The notes: generated by a model from the sequence alone, not told the origin. A stretch of 36,092 bases of DNA from Chiloscyllium plagiosum (GCF_004010195.1 NC_057752.1:5981991-6018082), one strand, 5' to 3'. Shown: positions 11,771-24,363, counted from the first letter of the stretch. Program-made: numbers and translations.

Positions 11771-11968
11771 TTGCATCTTCTGCAGCTTTCTCATCTGCAT
11801 TTCAATCTCTTTTGCACTCTTTTCATCTCGTGCTTTCAGTGTTTCAAATGCAATTTTTCGATCCTCAGTTGAGTCAATATAGTTCTTCAATGCATGTTGA
11901 AACTGCAGCCACAAATCTTCCACTAATCCCTCCAGATTAACTCGGAGTGAATGCTTCTCCTCCAGACT
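11771..11968 (-). CDS. CCDC65: CCDC65 coding exon 5
   Basis: ttt[74 protein letters not shown]; 198 nt. Confidence 0.95.
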
Positions 11969-14094
11969 CTAAATGCAGCAAAAAACACAACTGGTCTCAT
12001 TAAGATTTAGGTGCTGTTTGCTTGAGCGAATTAGAAATAATAGAAATGACATAAATGTTCTTCGCAGGAAACCATCCTAGCTTCTGCAATAATTTCAGCT
12101 TGATTGCAACTTTTAAGAATAATGAAAATACAATAATTCAGTCTTAGTTCTTACAGTAAAATGCTAGTTTGATGAAATGGTCTTCACATGACAATGACCT
12201 TGGGCCAGATTTTGGACTATGTTAATTTTATTTTCATCAATAAACCGGTGTATAAACAGCAGCAAGAGATATCGACTTCATCTCTCCATATTGCAACTAT
12301 GAGTCTTGCTACCATTTAAAAATCTAAAGAACAAAAACACTTGCTCAATTAGGCTGGCTAAGAACTTCTTGAGGCCATTCATAGGAAACACACACAGAAT
12401 TTCATTGAGCTGTGTAAACAAGAATGAATTAGAATGAATGCAAACAGTCTGTCACATTCACAGGTGAATATGAAAAAGGAGTTCACAGTCCTATAGCCTG
12501 GGCAAACTGCCCGTTGACATCTTGCAACGCAGCAGAATGACAGAGCACTGTGGATATGTCGAAGGCATAGAAAGTGTGCAGAAATAGTTACATTTATATT
12601 CTACCTCAATGTGCTGCTACTTTTCAAGACAAATTATAACTTACTAGAATTCATTCCCAGTTCTTCAGGTTAACCCAGAGTTCAGATGCTCTGTGACATA
12701 AGACCACAACATATATTGCACTGTGCCCAATCGATGGAAAGGTCTTTTCACAGTTTGGTGCTGAGCCAGTACTGCCACAACTGGATGGTCAAATCCTTTA
12801 TTATTTCTATGAGTTAATTGGTTTGTTTGTTGTTTGAAGATTTGAATTACAGGCCCTTTGTGATTGGCATGTTCTTTCATTATTGCAAGGAATATGCCAC
12901 ATATGCAATGAAGCTGTTCACAATCAGAATATCACTATCCTGAAATCTCATGCCCTCCAAGGTACATGCGAAGGGTGACTAGTTTTATGATTTTTTTTTT
13001 GGCAGATTAAAAGGCTTTTGTAAAAAAGACCCTCTTTCCTTCCAAGTTTCCCAATCCCCTACTAAAGCTGTTAACTCTCATTAAGATTCTGCTCCACAGG
13101 CACCGGTCACTTTCATGGCTATTGCATAGTAGTGAACTAGTCAAATGTGGAACACCGCACCTCCACATCAAAGACCTTCTTGAGATTTCCCTGGAGGTTC
13201 GGAAGCAGTAGTTGAGCCGTTCTGCTCAGAAAATTCCCAGGTCCACAGTCCATGATCCACATCTGGGTTGTTTCACATCCAGGGTTTGGAAAGACAAAAA
13301 TCAGTTTCTGTATCCAGATTCTGATCATTACTCTTGTGTTTATTCATTTGTGGAATGTATGCATCACTGGCAAGGACAGCACTTACTATTTTCGAGATGG
13401 TAGCCGTTTTCTTAAATGGCTGTATCCTGTGTGACATAGGCACAATGAAAGTGCTCACTTTCCTGTAGTGGTGTAGCAAAACTGAGTGACGTGCTGGGCC
13501 ATCTCAGCATTCTAGATGACAATTACAAGTCAATGCGTGGATCTGAATCACATGTAGTACAGACCGGTGAAAGATGGCAGGTTTCCTTCCCCAGAAGACG
13601 AGTAAACCAAATGGGATTTTACAACAAACAAAAAAAAAGACAGAGGGTATTTTTTCCAATAATACAGAACTTTGATGATGACCATTATGGTGAACAGCTT
13701 TTTTTTTTCTTTAAAATCCAGTTGCAATAATTAATTGAATTTAAATTCCCCAGATGTTACCGTAGATCAAATAATTAGTGCAGGCCTCTAGATCACTAAT
13801 CCAGTAACATTACTGCTACCATAACCCCTAATCAGTAAACACTTGCTAGAAAGTAAAGGTGCATAGATATTGGCTGTGAACAGAACTATACCCCACAATA
13901 CTAGCTGGACTTCATACATGAAAAATGCCTGTTTTTACTCAAGCAGTCTGTCTTCAGAAGGGAATAACAGTTTCAGTATGAAAACAAAAGAGCATTTACC
14001 ACTTAGAAGTCTATGGCAATGTTTAGACCCACAAACAAACACACACATCTGTGTCAACCACAGCTCTATTAATTTTAAAATAGTTATGAAGAGG

Positions 14095-15505
14095 AAAAAA
14101 AAACTGGTCCATAGGTTAAAGTTCTAAATTGGGGCAAGGCGAATTTTGATGGAATTAGACAGGAGCTTGCAGGGGTTGATTGAAGTAGTTTGTTTGCAGG
14201 CAAAGGAATCTCTGGCAAATGGGAGGTCTTTAAAAGTGAGGTAACTAGAGTTCAAGGTCTATATGTTCCTGTGAGAGTGAAGGACAAAGTCGGCAGGAAT
14301 AGAGAACCCTGGAAGACAAGAGATATTGAGGCTTTCACCAGAAAAAAGGAATTGTGGCTCAGGCAAGCGGGATCAAGGGAATTCCTGGAGGTATACATGG
14401 AATACAGGAGTTTACTGAAGGAGGAAATCAGGAAGGTGAAAAGGGGGCACGAGACAGCCTTGGCTGAGAAGATTTAGGATGAATCCAAAAAGGTACTTGA
14501 AGTCTATTAAAGGAAAAAGAATAACGAGAGAGAAAATAGGACCCCCTCAAGGACCAAAGTGGACATGTATGTGTAGAACCACAGGAGATGGGGGAGGTTC
14601 TCAATGAATATTTCTCCTCTGTGTTTACTATGGAGAAGGAGATAAAGATTTTGGAACTTGGGGAGGTTAGTGGTGATATCTTGGGGACAGTCCATATCAC
14701 AGTAGAGGTGGTGTTGAATGTATTAATTAGAATGTACGAAGGTGGATAAATATCCTGGTTTTGACCAGATATATGCAAAAGGCTAGAGAAGAAATTGCGA
14801 GGGCCCTAGCTGATATTCTTGTATCATCATTAGCCATGGGTGAAGTCCTGGAAGACTGGAGGGTAGCGAATGTTGTGCCATTATTCAAGAAAGGCTGCAA
14901 AGAAAAGCCTGGGAACTATAGACCAGTAAGATTAACATCTGTGGTTGGTATGTTACTTGAGAAGATTCTGAGAGAGAAAATGCACATGCTTTTGGAAAGA
15001 TAGGGTTCCAACTCGGCACTGCCTCTTGAACTGTCCCATCTGTCCACCTTCCTGCCCATCTGTCCACTGCACCCTATCATCATCACCCCTCATCTTCATC
15101 TATGTATTGCCGTCCAAGCTACCTTCCCCCCAGCCCCACTCCCCTCCTATTTATCTCTCAGCTCCCCTCCACCCACTAACATTCCTGATGAAGATCTTAT
15201 GCTCGAAACGTCAACTCTCCTGCTCCTCGGAAGCCACCTGACCGGCTGTGCTTTTCCAACACCACACTTTTTGACTCTGATCTCCAGCATCTGCAGTCCT
15301 CACTTTCTCCTTGACTAAGAGTAGTCAGCATAGCTTTGTGAATGGGAGATCATGCCTCACAAATTTGTTTGAGTTCTTACAATGATGAAGTGACCAGGAA
15401 AGTTGACGAGGACAAGCTGGTAGATGTAGTCTATATGGATTTCAGAAAGGCCTTTGATAAGGTTTGGGCCAAAGGGCCTGTCTCCATGCTGTAGGACTCT
15501 GTGTC
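14095..15505 (+). mobile_element. CR1 LINE ORF2 fragment with internal deletion, interrupted by a Penelope-derived piece (~15006-15310)
   Basis: ORFs with EDWRVANVVPLFKKGCKEKPGNYRPVRLTSVVG; resumes with SQHxF / DVVYMDFRKAFDKV-like sequence, then jumps to the CR1 3' tail GGGCCAAAGGGCCTG. Confidence 0.9.
15006..15310 (+). mobile_element. Penelope-derived pLTR fragment with hammerhead-like core
   Basis: C-rich tract, then CCTGATGAAGATCTTATGCTCGAAACGTC (15185-15212) and a TCTCCAGCATCTGCAGTCCTCACTTTCTCC end; same family as 20515-21020. Confidence 0.75.
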
Positions 15506-15669
15506 TACGTCTCAATGACTCAAGGCTTGATCTTCTCCATTCTAGAAATCTTATGATAAATATTGAAAGTCATAGATTTTGTTGGTTACCAGCTAGTTCC
15601 TGTATCTTTGAGAGCACTTGGTGTCCATACCCATTCGTCATTCTATTGGTGGGGTCCAAGCTTCCTTAC

Positions 15670-15808
15670 CTTGTTTTTGAGGTCATCCCTTGTGCTGTTG
15701 AATTCTTGTCGTGCTTCGTTTGCAACTTCACCAAAGATCTGGTCCATAGCATACATGATATCCTCCAGATTGGTCATCTCTTGCTCATGCTGCACAATCA
15801 TCTGCTTT
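15670..15808 (-). CDS. CCDC65: CCDC65 coding exon 4
   Basis: gacAG| (R)KQMIVQHEQEMTNLEDIMYAMDQIFGEVANEARQEFNSTRDDLKNK |GTAAGG; 139 nt, phase 2/0. Confidence 0.95.
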
Positions 15809-16057
15809 CTGTCAAGATGCAGATTGAATTCAACTATCACGAGAATAACAGCCACCTTCTTATCCAAAATACACAGAACAAATCACACCATTAAACTTTC
15901 CTCAGTTATGTAATTTAGAAAGAGCATTAAGCAATTGAAAATCAATCTCAGTTTTTAAATTGGAAATGAACCACAGGTATTGTGGAAAGAGCTATAACTG
16001 CCATTTTAAAATTCAGTAAATGCAACATCTCCTTGTATTCCAAAACTGAACACTGAC

Positions 16058-16227
16058 CTTTCGGCATCAAACTCTTCTTTCAGTGACGCCAACTCTGCCT
16101 CAAACTCATTCTCTATTATGGTGAGTCGACTGCGTTGCAGATCCACCAGCTTATCCACGTTCTGAACATGGTTCCGCAGAGCTGTTGCATACTGTTCCTC
16201 TGCCTCTTCCAAATCTTTTGTTAAAGC
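16058..16227 (-). CDS. CCDC65: CCDC65 coding exon 3
   Basis: tccAG| ALTKDLEEAEEQYATALRNHVQNVDKLVDLQRSRL...EEFDAE(R) |GTCAGT; 170 nt, phase 0/2. Confidence 0.95.
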
Positions 16228-17085
16228 CTGGAAGACACATAAGAAACAGATTACTGATTCCTCTGCTGGCTCACTGAGTTTAATTAGTACACTCAATTTG
16301 ATGTAGCTGATTGGAGTTCCTCGCCGCTACATTCCCCCACATCATGTTACAGTAGTATGAGCACTACAAACTGGGTATGATCCAGGTTTGGGATCCCTGG
16401 TTCCCAATCTCAGTAACAGCATTAGTGCTGTGTACTGAGTGGATATGGTGACTGGGAACTCACTCTGGGATACTGTTTGCTAGTGCAAGTACTTGCAGTG
16501 TAACAGTAGCCAAGGCTTTGCAAATGTTGCATTTGTCCTATCAGACAGCGAATGGGATGTGCACTGCAGGCAAAACAGAGTGAACATGTTGCTGTTTCAG
16601 TTATGGTGTTGAAGGGAAGATTACGTGGCCATCAGCAATCTGAATGCTGACGATGAGAGAATGGCAGCTAAACAAAAATCACCATTTCGTACAGAATGGA
16701 AATCTCTCACTTTAACAGAAAGGCAGTCTCCCGACAGACTATTCACTGCTCAAATCTTTATCCACCAACAGATACTCGTACATCTGAATATTGTTTGACG
16801 ACCCTATGCAGGCGCAAGATTATCGTACATGAATTGTTAAAATAACATGGTCATACAGTATATGCACACAGTTCCAACAGTGAGGGTTGATGTTGTTACA
16901 TGGTGCAGCCAGTAGGAGGCCAAGCTTGCAGGAAATGCTGGAACCTTTGTGCCTGTGCAGCTGTAAGTTAGCCTGTCTCTTTAATGGAGGAGTGAAAATG
17001 TGAAACATATTTGGCCTGTTCTCTGAACAGTTCATTATGTCTCAAGGCACAATCCTATGACAGTGGCAATTTCTCTTCATCTTAC

Positions 17086-17253
17086 CCTGATCACACCATC
17101 TTTCCGGTCCACAATTCTTTCAAAGGTTTGGCTCAGGATCTCAATGTCCTTCCGGAGTTCTGCAGCTTTTGCCTCCCGCATCACAGTGCGCCACTTCTCA
17201 TTTAGCTTCAGCGTGTTCAGCCGGGTGTTGTGCTCTTCCTTGGACAGTTTATC
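17086..17253 (-). CDS. CCDC65: CCDC65 coding exon 2
   Basis: tac[64 protein letters not shown]; 168 nt; WR..LR([12 protein letters not shown]) is characteristic of CCDC65. Confidence 0.96.
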
Positions 17254-17384
17254 CTGTAGGGTAAAGAACACTCGTGATGAAGCAGAAAGAGTATGGCAAA
17301 TCAAACCACAATTGCATTACTCAAACCACGAAATAAATACAGGACACATCCCATGGTTACAGGCTGAGTATTCTCTGGCATGTA

Positions 17385-17960
17385 ATTCACCTATTGTCCC
17401 TCAAAAGCCTGTTGACCACCCCCAAGGGACAGGTCAGGAGTGTGATGGAATACTCCCCCACTTGCCTGATGAGTGCAGCTCTAACAGCAGTCAAGAAGAC
17501 CAATACCATTTAGGACAAAGGAGTCCACTTATGGGCATCCCATCTAACACCTTCGACATTCATTCCCTCCACTACCAATGCACAGTGGCAGCAGTGTATA
17601 CCTCTATAAACTTGCTTTCTGCTACTGTCTGATGCCACCCTAGCAACCGACAAAATAGCATCTCCCAAACCAGTGTTATCGACCACCTAGAAGGACAAGG
17701 GCATCAGAAACACAGGCACAATACTTTCTACAGAATTCCTCCTCTCCCCTGCCCCCAACCAAACACCATTCTGTCTTGGAATTAGATGGCTGACCCTTTA
17801 CTGTTGCTGGGTCAAAATCCTGGAACATCCTTCCCAACAGTATTGCAGTGTACCTACATCCTCAGGACTGCAGTAGTTCAAGCAGGCATCGCACAAGCAC
17901 CCTCCAAATGGCAATTAGGGATGGACAATAAATAGCCAGCAACACTCATGAACGAATAAA
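17385..17960 (+). mobile_element. LINE 3' fragment (CR1/L2-type clade), degraded
   Basis: GGAGTGTGATGGAATACTCCCCACTTGCCTG... homologous to 28060-28545; codes a remnant of VMEYSPLAW..LKKL..IQ. Confidence 0.75.
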
Positions 17961-18010
17961 TATGAAAATGACATGTTTGGGAAAAAAACAATTAGATTTG
18001 AAAGAAATAC

Positions 18011-18139
18011 CTTTAAGAATTGATTCAGCATATCCTCTTTCTTTTTTTGCCTCTCTTCCTCCTCCAGCATTTTTTGCTGCATATACAGCAGTTGCTCCTC
18101 CTCGGTCATTTTGGTCGCTTTTTTAGATTTTTTCGGCAT
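18011..18139 (-). CDS. CCDC65: CCDC65/DRC2 (dynein regulatory complex subunit 2) first coding exon; eight exons total 1482 nt = 493 aa
   Basis: ATG at 18139, MPKKSKKATKMTEEEQLLYMQQKMLEEEERQKKKEDMLNQFLK |GTATTT; all eight exons join in frame with GT-AG introns. Confidence 0.95.
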
Positions 18140-18254
18140 TGTGATTCAATCTGTGGATCACTGAAGAGATTTCCAAGTCACCAACAAAGCATGTGACAGT
18201 GCATACAAGATTAGAACGCAATACTTCTGAATTTTCCAACAGTTTAAAATTTGG

Positions 18255-18492
18255 GGATCTCCCATTTAAGTCAGAGATGAGAAATATTTTGCTTCCTCTG
18301 AGGGCCGTAAGCCTGTGAGACTTTCTTCGTCAGAGAGTGGTGGAGGTAGGGTAATCAGATATATTTAAGGCTGAGTAGATAGATTTGTGACTAGCAAGGG
18401 AGTCAGTGGTTATTGAAGTAAGGTAAGAAAGTGGAATTGAGGCCACAATCAGATCAGCCATGACCTTATTGAATGGCAGAGCAGGCTGAATG
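18255..18492 (+). mobile_element. Old CR1 LINE 3' end fragment
   Basis: CCATTTAAGTCAGAGATGAG...ATATTTAAGGCTGAGTAGATAGATT...AGATCAGCCATGA...GGCAGAGCAGGCT, typical CR1 3' UTR layout. Confidence 0.7.
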
Positions 18493-20514
18493 GTTGCAAC
18501 AAAGGATTCCAAGTCCCAATTTAGAACATCAGTGATTTTGGTTAATGTAAAACTATGTCATGTTTTGTCATGTGTGCCTCTAGTGGCTACTTAGGTAATA
18601 ACTAAACTGTATTGATTTATACTCACTGTCAATGGAACCCTTCCAGCTCTGATCTTCACAGCAGGTAGGTGCTGTGGCACTGAGCTCGCTGTAGGAGACT
18701 TGGGCAACCATCTTAAACCCCTGCTATCAAAAGCCTGATGCTATCCTAACCCAGGAGATAACTGAGAACTCCCCAGTTACCTTGTCCTCACAAACCATCT
18801 TACTTGCTGAGAGTAATGCATGGAAGATCGATTGGTGAATAAATATTTGGTTTCAACATTTGGGATTATTTTCTCTATGCCAATACACAAATCAGATTCA
18901 TTGAGTTTGATTTCCAACAGCTCATATTTGGATTTAGAAGTGACACCCTCTTCCCTGAAGGATTTTAGGGTCCCGAGTCTGATTTTTACAGCAATCCAGC
19001 AACCTTTGTGGCTTTTCCTTCCTGTCAGTCTGCAGCTGACTGGATTTATCAAGTTTGATTTCAATTAGCTCAGTCACTAGTCCAACACCATAAATACCAG
19101 GCTGCCAGATCATTGTACCTGTGGTGTTTGGGTAGATACATAAGTAAATGCAAGCCTTTTAATGTCCCTTTCTCATGGCAAGTTAAAAGGAGACAACACC
19201 TCAGGTTTTGCCAAATAGATTTGGCCAGATATTCAATTGGTAGGATTCTGGCTGTAGCCTATCCTTTGATAATGATGAGCCAATTTCATCTTATTAAAGT
19301 GCAGTAATGAAAAACTAAACTTTACATTTCCAAATAGCATCTTTCATACCCTCAGGACATTCCAGAGTACTTTACAGCCAGATAACCACTTTAGAAGTGT
19401 AGTCACTATGTCATGCAGGAAAGTTGAAGGGTGCTGAACTGCCAGAAGTGCCGTTTCTCAGATAGGACCATAGGAACAGGAGTAGGCCATTCAGTTCGTC
19501 AGGCCTGCCCTTCCCTAACATTCAATACAATCATGGTTGATTGAATACTTCAATTCCTTTCTCCATCCCATCCCCATAACCCTGTAAGTCACTGGCAATT
19601 ACAAATCTATCAATCTCTCCCTTAAACATGCTCAAAAACAGAGCTTCCACAGCCCACTGGGGCAGAGAATTCAAAGGTTCACAAGCCTATAACTAAAATA
19701 ATTTCTCATCTCTGACATAAGAGGCATCCCCTTACTTTTTAAATTGTGCCCCCATAGTTTCAGTCTCCCCAGCTAGAGGAAACATCTTGCCTGTATCTAC
19801 CCTGTCTACCCCTTTAAGTATTTTCAAAGTTTCATGAGATCACCTCTCATTCTTCAAGAATACAGGCACAGTTTGCCTAATCTCTCTCCATAGGACAGCC
19901 CAGCCATCCCAAGAACAAGTCTGATGAATCTTTGTTGCACTGCCTCTATGGCAATATCTTTCCTGAGATAAAGAAACCAAAATTGCACACTGTACTCTAG
20001 GTGTCGTCTAACCTATCTCCTGCACAACTGAAGCAAAATTTCACTACTTCTGAACTCAAATCCTCTTGCCTTAATGTTCTAACATTCCACTTGCCTTTCT
20101 GATAGCTTGCTACACCTGCATGTTGACCTTAAATGACTAATTGACTTAGACCCCTTTGTACATTCACACTTCCAACCTCTTACCATTTAACAAATACTCT
20201 GCACCTCTGTTCTTCTGACCAAAGTGGATAACCTCACATTTTCTACATTATATACGTTCTGACAAGTTCTTGCCCACTCACTAGGCTTGGCCAAATCCTC
20301 CTGGAGCTGCTTACCATGTTTATTACAACACACCTTCCCACTTTGCTTTGTACCATTCACAAATTCGGAAATATTACATTGATTCCAAATCAATGATATC
20401 TACTGTGTATAACAGGCAAAATAATGAGCCTTGTGATATCCCACTAGTCACAGCCTGCAAATAATCCATTTATTTCTGTTCTCTGTTTAACAGTCAGTCA
20501 ATCATTAATTTATG

Positions 20515-21020
20515 AAGAGAAAATGAGGTCTGCAGATGCTGGAGATCAGAGATGGAAATGTGTTGCTGGAGAAGCGCAGCAGGTCAGGCAGCATCTGAGT
20601 GGGAGGGGGAATTGAAATGTTGAGCTACAGGGTGGGACACCCGGACCAACCAACCCAACCACCCTGTAGCTAGGAACCCTCCAACCACAAGGGATGAACT
20701 CGGATTTCACCAGTTTCCTCATTTCCCCTCCCCCCAGCCTGTCTCAGTCAAATCCATCAAATTCAGCACCGCCTCCCTAACCTACAATCTTCTTCCCGAC
20801 CTCTCCGCCCCCACCCCAATCTGTCCTATCACCCTCACCTTGACCTTTTTCCACCTATCACATTTCCGACGCCCCTCCCCCAAGTCCCTCCTCCCTATCT
20901 TTTATCTTAGCCTGCTGGACAAACTTTCCTCATTCCTGAAGAAGGGCTAATGCCCGAAACGTCGATTCTCCTGTTCCCTAGATGCTGCCTGACCTGCTGC
21001 GCTTCTCCAGCAACACATTT
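20515..21020. mobile_element. Penelope-derived inverted-pLTR element with 16-17 bp TSD and intact hammerhead core
   Basis: AAATGTGTTGCTGGAGAAGCGCAGCAGGTCAGGCAGCATC ... GATGCTGCCTGACCTGCTGCGCTTCTCCAGCAACACATTT perfect inverted arms; TSD (T)CAATCATTAATTTATG at 20498-20514 and 21020-21036. Confidence 0.85.
20936..20963 (+). ncRNA. Minimal type I hammerhead ribozyme core (PLE-type)
   Basis: CTGAAGA-A-GGGC-TAAT-GCCC-GAAA-CG-TC: both catalytic boxes, 4-bp helix II, palindromic ACGT helix III, GUC cleavage triplet; helix I weak. Confidence 0.7.
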
Positions 21021-21059
21021 CAATCATTAATTTATGTCAGTACATTACCTCCTATCCTG

Positions 21060-21283
21060 TGTAGTGACTGTTACAAGGTCAGCCAGATGGACCTCATAGA
21101 ATATGAATTCCCTTAATGGGGCTGTTAATCTGTTTCAATCAGGGAGCCCTGGCTGACAGATATAAACAGGAGGGTCAGAGGTTCTGTTCACTCTGAGAAA
21201 GCCAGACCAGTGCACATGTACAATGCACATGTAAATAAAGGGTGACTTGGTGATGGGAATCCAAGCTTTATGGAGTTATTTCA
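21060..21283 (+). mobile_element. Solo LTR
   Basis: TG...CA termini, CAAT box, TATAAA (21161), AATAAA (21234); interrupts the CR1; no clean TSD. Confidence 0.7.
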
Positions 21284-21799
21284 CTATTTGCTTTAATTTT
21301 TCTACACAGCCTCCCTAAGGAACTTCATCAACATCATTCCGAATATCAACAGATACTATGTCCATTGGATCTCCTTTATCAATTTTGCTTGCAATATCTT
21401 CAAAAAAAAGCTCCTCTTTTGTTAAACATGATTCTCTATTGGCAAATCCATGCTTTGTCCAATCAGATCATTATCAACCAGATGTCTGTTTATCCCATCC
21501 TTTAGAATAGATTCTAGCATTTTCTCGATTACAGATGTAAGGCCAACAGGTCTCTAGTTACCTGTTTTCTCTCTCACTGCTTTCTTTAAAAATGGAGTGA
21601 TATTTGCTGCCTTCCAATTCGCAGGAATCATTCCAGAATCTATAGAAACAATATTTAACTCTAAACTGCCTGTGTCTCAGGAGAACATAAATGATTTAAC
21701 TGGAGTGTCTACAATAACTACAAGTCCCAGTTCAGGTGACTCACAAGTCTGCCCTTTAAATTTACTGTACACCTGTTAAAAAATAATTGAAAGGGTCCA

Positions 21800-22060
21800 G
21801 GGCACTTAAACAAATCATTTTTTTAAAAAGAGAGAACGTTCCCTGTAGCTCCTTGTGACACAAAGAGTATGGGCGTTTTCTTAGTGTGGACAATACATAT
21901 CCTTTAGTCAACATCTCTAAAACATAATATTTGCTCAATATCACATTTCTGTTTGTAGGAACATGCTGTGCACGAATTGATTGCCATGTTTCATACAATT
22001 CAAAATAAAAGAGCTTTTCCCTAATTCGCAAAAGTGAATATATAAATACAAATGGCTTTT
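21800..22060 (+). mobile_element. Degraded Deu-domain SINE
   Basis: TATCCTTTAGTCAACATCTCTAAAACATAAT...TCACATTTCTGTTTGTAGGAACATGCTGTGCACGAATTG matches the reverse complement of 26950-27050; ends TATATAAATACAA. Confidence 0.6.
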
Positions 22061-22399
22061 TAAAATAATCTTTTTAACTGTTTAGATAACGGAAAAGACC
22101 CACAACACGTCTTGAACATTGATTTCTCTTCTGGAACCAACATTATAAAGATAAATAAAACAAACAACTGAAGATCTGAAGCAAAAACATAGAACTCTGG
22201 AGAAACTCAGCAGCATCTGTGGAGAGAGAAATCGAGTTGAGGTTTCCAGTGACCCTTCTTCAGAACGTCAAAGTATTTCTTTTGCCCTGAAGTGGGATCT
22301 TGGCTGTCCCCAATTAGGCTGCCAGGTTTTACCTGGATGGAGAGAGGGGGCGGGGAAAGGAACATGCCTGGGAAGCACTTTAGCAGTCCCTGAGGATGG

Positions 22400-22720
22400 G
22401 AGAGGCACTACACAAATGCAATTTTGTCTTTAGGACGCCGCCGCCGCCGCCAGCAGAACTCCGCGAGGTCTCTATCCCTCGGGCCGCCTGGACCCTGTCT
22501 CTGCAGACAGTGGGAGCCTCTCACCCCCTGTCCTCCTCGACCTTCCGATTCTTCGTCTCGCAGCAGTCCCTGGGGAGACTACACACCGCGGCTGTCCAAC
22601 GGTAACCTAGCAACCGCGCGCTCTCGCACGACCTCAGCAACCGCCAACGAGCAATCACTGGAACAAGAGGGAGCCTCGAGCCGGTACCTTATCCTTCAGC
22701 AGCCCCTTTTCGGTCTGGAG
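22400..22720 (-). promoter_or_regulatory. CpG/GC-rich island, probable CCDC65 promoter and non-coding first exon
   Basis: Densest CpG stretch in the window, (GCC)5 at ~22437, GC box GGGGCGGGG at ~22347, candidate minus-strand donors GGG|GTGAGA (22525/22524) and CAG|GTAAAA (22333/22332). Confidence 0.65.
22602..22614. promoter_or_regulatory. RFX X-box
   Basis: GTAACC-T-AGCAAC fits GTNRCC-N(0-3)-RGYAAC; extra half-site AGCAAC at ~22636; lies upstream of a motile-cilia gene. Confidence 0.75.
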
Positions 22721-22764
22721 GATTCATCTCATTAAGTTTACCTATTCCACATGAAAAAGTACAA

Positions 22765-22876
22765 AGTTAAAAATCACACAACACCAGGTTATAGTCCAAC
22801 AGGTTTATTTGGAAGCACTAGCTCCGAAACTTTTAACTTTGTACACTCCAGTCCAATACCGGCATCTCCATAGCAC
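22765..22876. mobile_element. Short Penelope-derived hairpin element, truncated
   Basis: AAAGTTAAAAATCACACAACACCAGGTTATAGTCC...TTTTAACTTTGTAC; direct repeat GAAAAAGTACAA at 22753-22764 and 22877-22888. Confidence 0.75.
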
Positions 22877-24140
22877 GAAAAAGTACAATTTAAAGGTGAG
22901 TTTTCAAGACAATTTAATGTATTTCAATATGAAATTAGAAGAAAATGAATGGTAGAAACACTCACCAATTTCAGAGAGAAGCAAGAATTAACTTTTCAAA
23001 GGTCATTAACCAGGAAAACTGTTTCTGTATAAAGATGCTGCCTGACCTACTTCCAACATTTTCTCTTCGTAGTTCAGATTTTCAGCATTTGCAGTACCTG
23101 GATTACTTTCGTCTTTAACCCCGTTTTGTGTAAAATTAATGCCTAATTTTGCTTAATGATTATTCACTCGAATTATTAGTAAGTATACTTCAGTCAAATC
23201 TAAATCACAGACGGTATCCCAGGCAGGTCATCAGAATACATATTTTGTGTTATATTTAAGGTTAAGGATAAAGCAGCCTTTAATCTTGCATTATAAGCCT
23301 GAGAAATAAGAAACTGGCAATATTTGGAAGTATTAGCTTCAGAAACTTCAGAGCTGAGCTCTCAACGTTGACCAAATCTTACAATTGAAAACAAGCAAAA
23401 CTTGTCAAACTGCTACAAATTAAAATACAGCCTTAAATTTAAAAGAAAATTCAGAAAGCAACCTGAATATGGTTTACGACTGTGCTGTGGTGATGGAATA
23501 AAGTACATTCCATTTTCATTAAATATGATTACAGTGTCTGAGGTACTACAATTGATGTTTTTCTATGAAAAGTATCTTATTAATAAGTCAAAATAAATAG
23601 TCATGCTGAGAGTGTAGTCTATCATTCGGGCCTGTTATTCAGATGCTATATTATCTCCTAAGTACAAATGCAGTTTCCAGTAAGCATGCACATTTATAAT
23701 TGGTAGTACCCACCATTTGGGATATGATTAAATTAGAGTCAGAAGTGCAGGCAGAAACATTCAAAATTGGAAATAATTTATTTAATTTAAGGTCCTGTGC
23801 TTCTTGTGGGACCCATTTCTGATCTTTGAAAGCCTCATGCTTCACTCGCCACATGCTGAACATACACAGTGCAACGGCACAGGAAAGTCCCGTGACTATT
23901 CCTAAACATGGAGCAGAACCATCCACCAATTGCTCCCTCAAAGCCTGAGGCCATGTCTCCCACTCTCTTACACCCCACCCAACCCCAGCAAATGAAGAAG
24001 AACCAGGGAGATTCCCTGTAGTTTTCAGAATCACTACCCATCTCTGGATATGATTTGGAGATGCAGGTGTTGGACTGGGGTGTACAAAGTTAAAAATCAC
24101 ACAACACCAGGTTATAGTCCAACAGGTTTAATTGGAAGCA

Positions 24141-24175
24141 CACTAGCTTTCGAAGCGACACTCCTTCATCAGGTG
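24141..24175 (-). ncRNA. Minimal type I hammerhead ribozyme (PLE-type)
   Basis: Minus: CAC-CTGATGA-A-GGAG-TGTCG-CTTC-GAAA-GC-TA-GTG: helix I CAC/GTG, helix II, palindromic AGCT helix III, CUA cleavage triplet. Confidence 0.72.
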
Positions 24176-24363
24176 ATAGTGGAGGTGATCGTAACACGGA
24201 ATTTATAGCAAAAATTTGCAGTGTGATGTAACTGAAATCATACATTGAAAAATTGATTGTCTGTTAAGCCTTTTATCTGTTAGAATACAGTGGTAGTTTC
24301 ACTTCTTTCATGTGTAAATCACAAAACCTTTTTTTTAAAGTTGCATTCTCGGGTTAGCTGTTA

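Larger units (their letters stand above)
19462..21650 (-). mobile_element. Old CR1 LINE, host of two nested insertions (20515-21020, 21060-21283)
   Basis: 3' end CATAGGAACAGGAGTAGGCCATTCAG on plus; RT remnants (LQEDLAKPSEWARTCQ; TCTCTAGTTACCTGTTTT = GNYRP-like); sequence resumes after each insertion. Confidence 0.8.

Noticed and set aside
15454..15913. Two overlapping plus-strand ORFs of 146 and 116 aa
   Set aside because: Antisense to CCDC65 exon 4; no recognisable protein features.
17057..17632. 191-aa plus-strand ORF
   Set aside because: Antisense shadow of CCDC65 exon 2 fused to a LINE remnant.
22396..22735. Short ORFs in the CpG island
   Set aside because: Expected by-product of high GC content; low-complexity translations.
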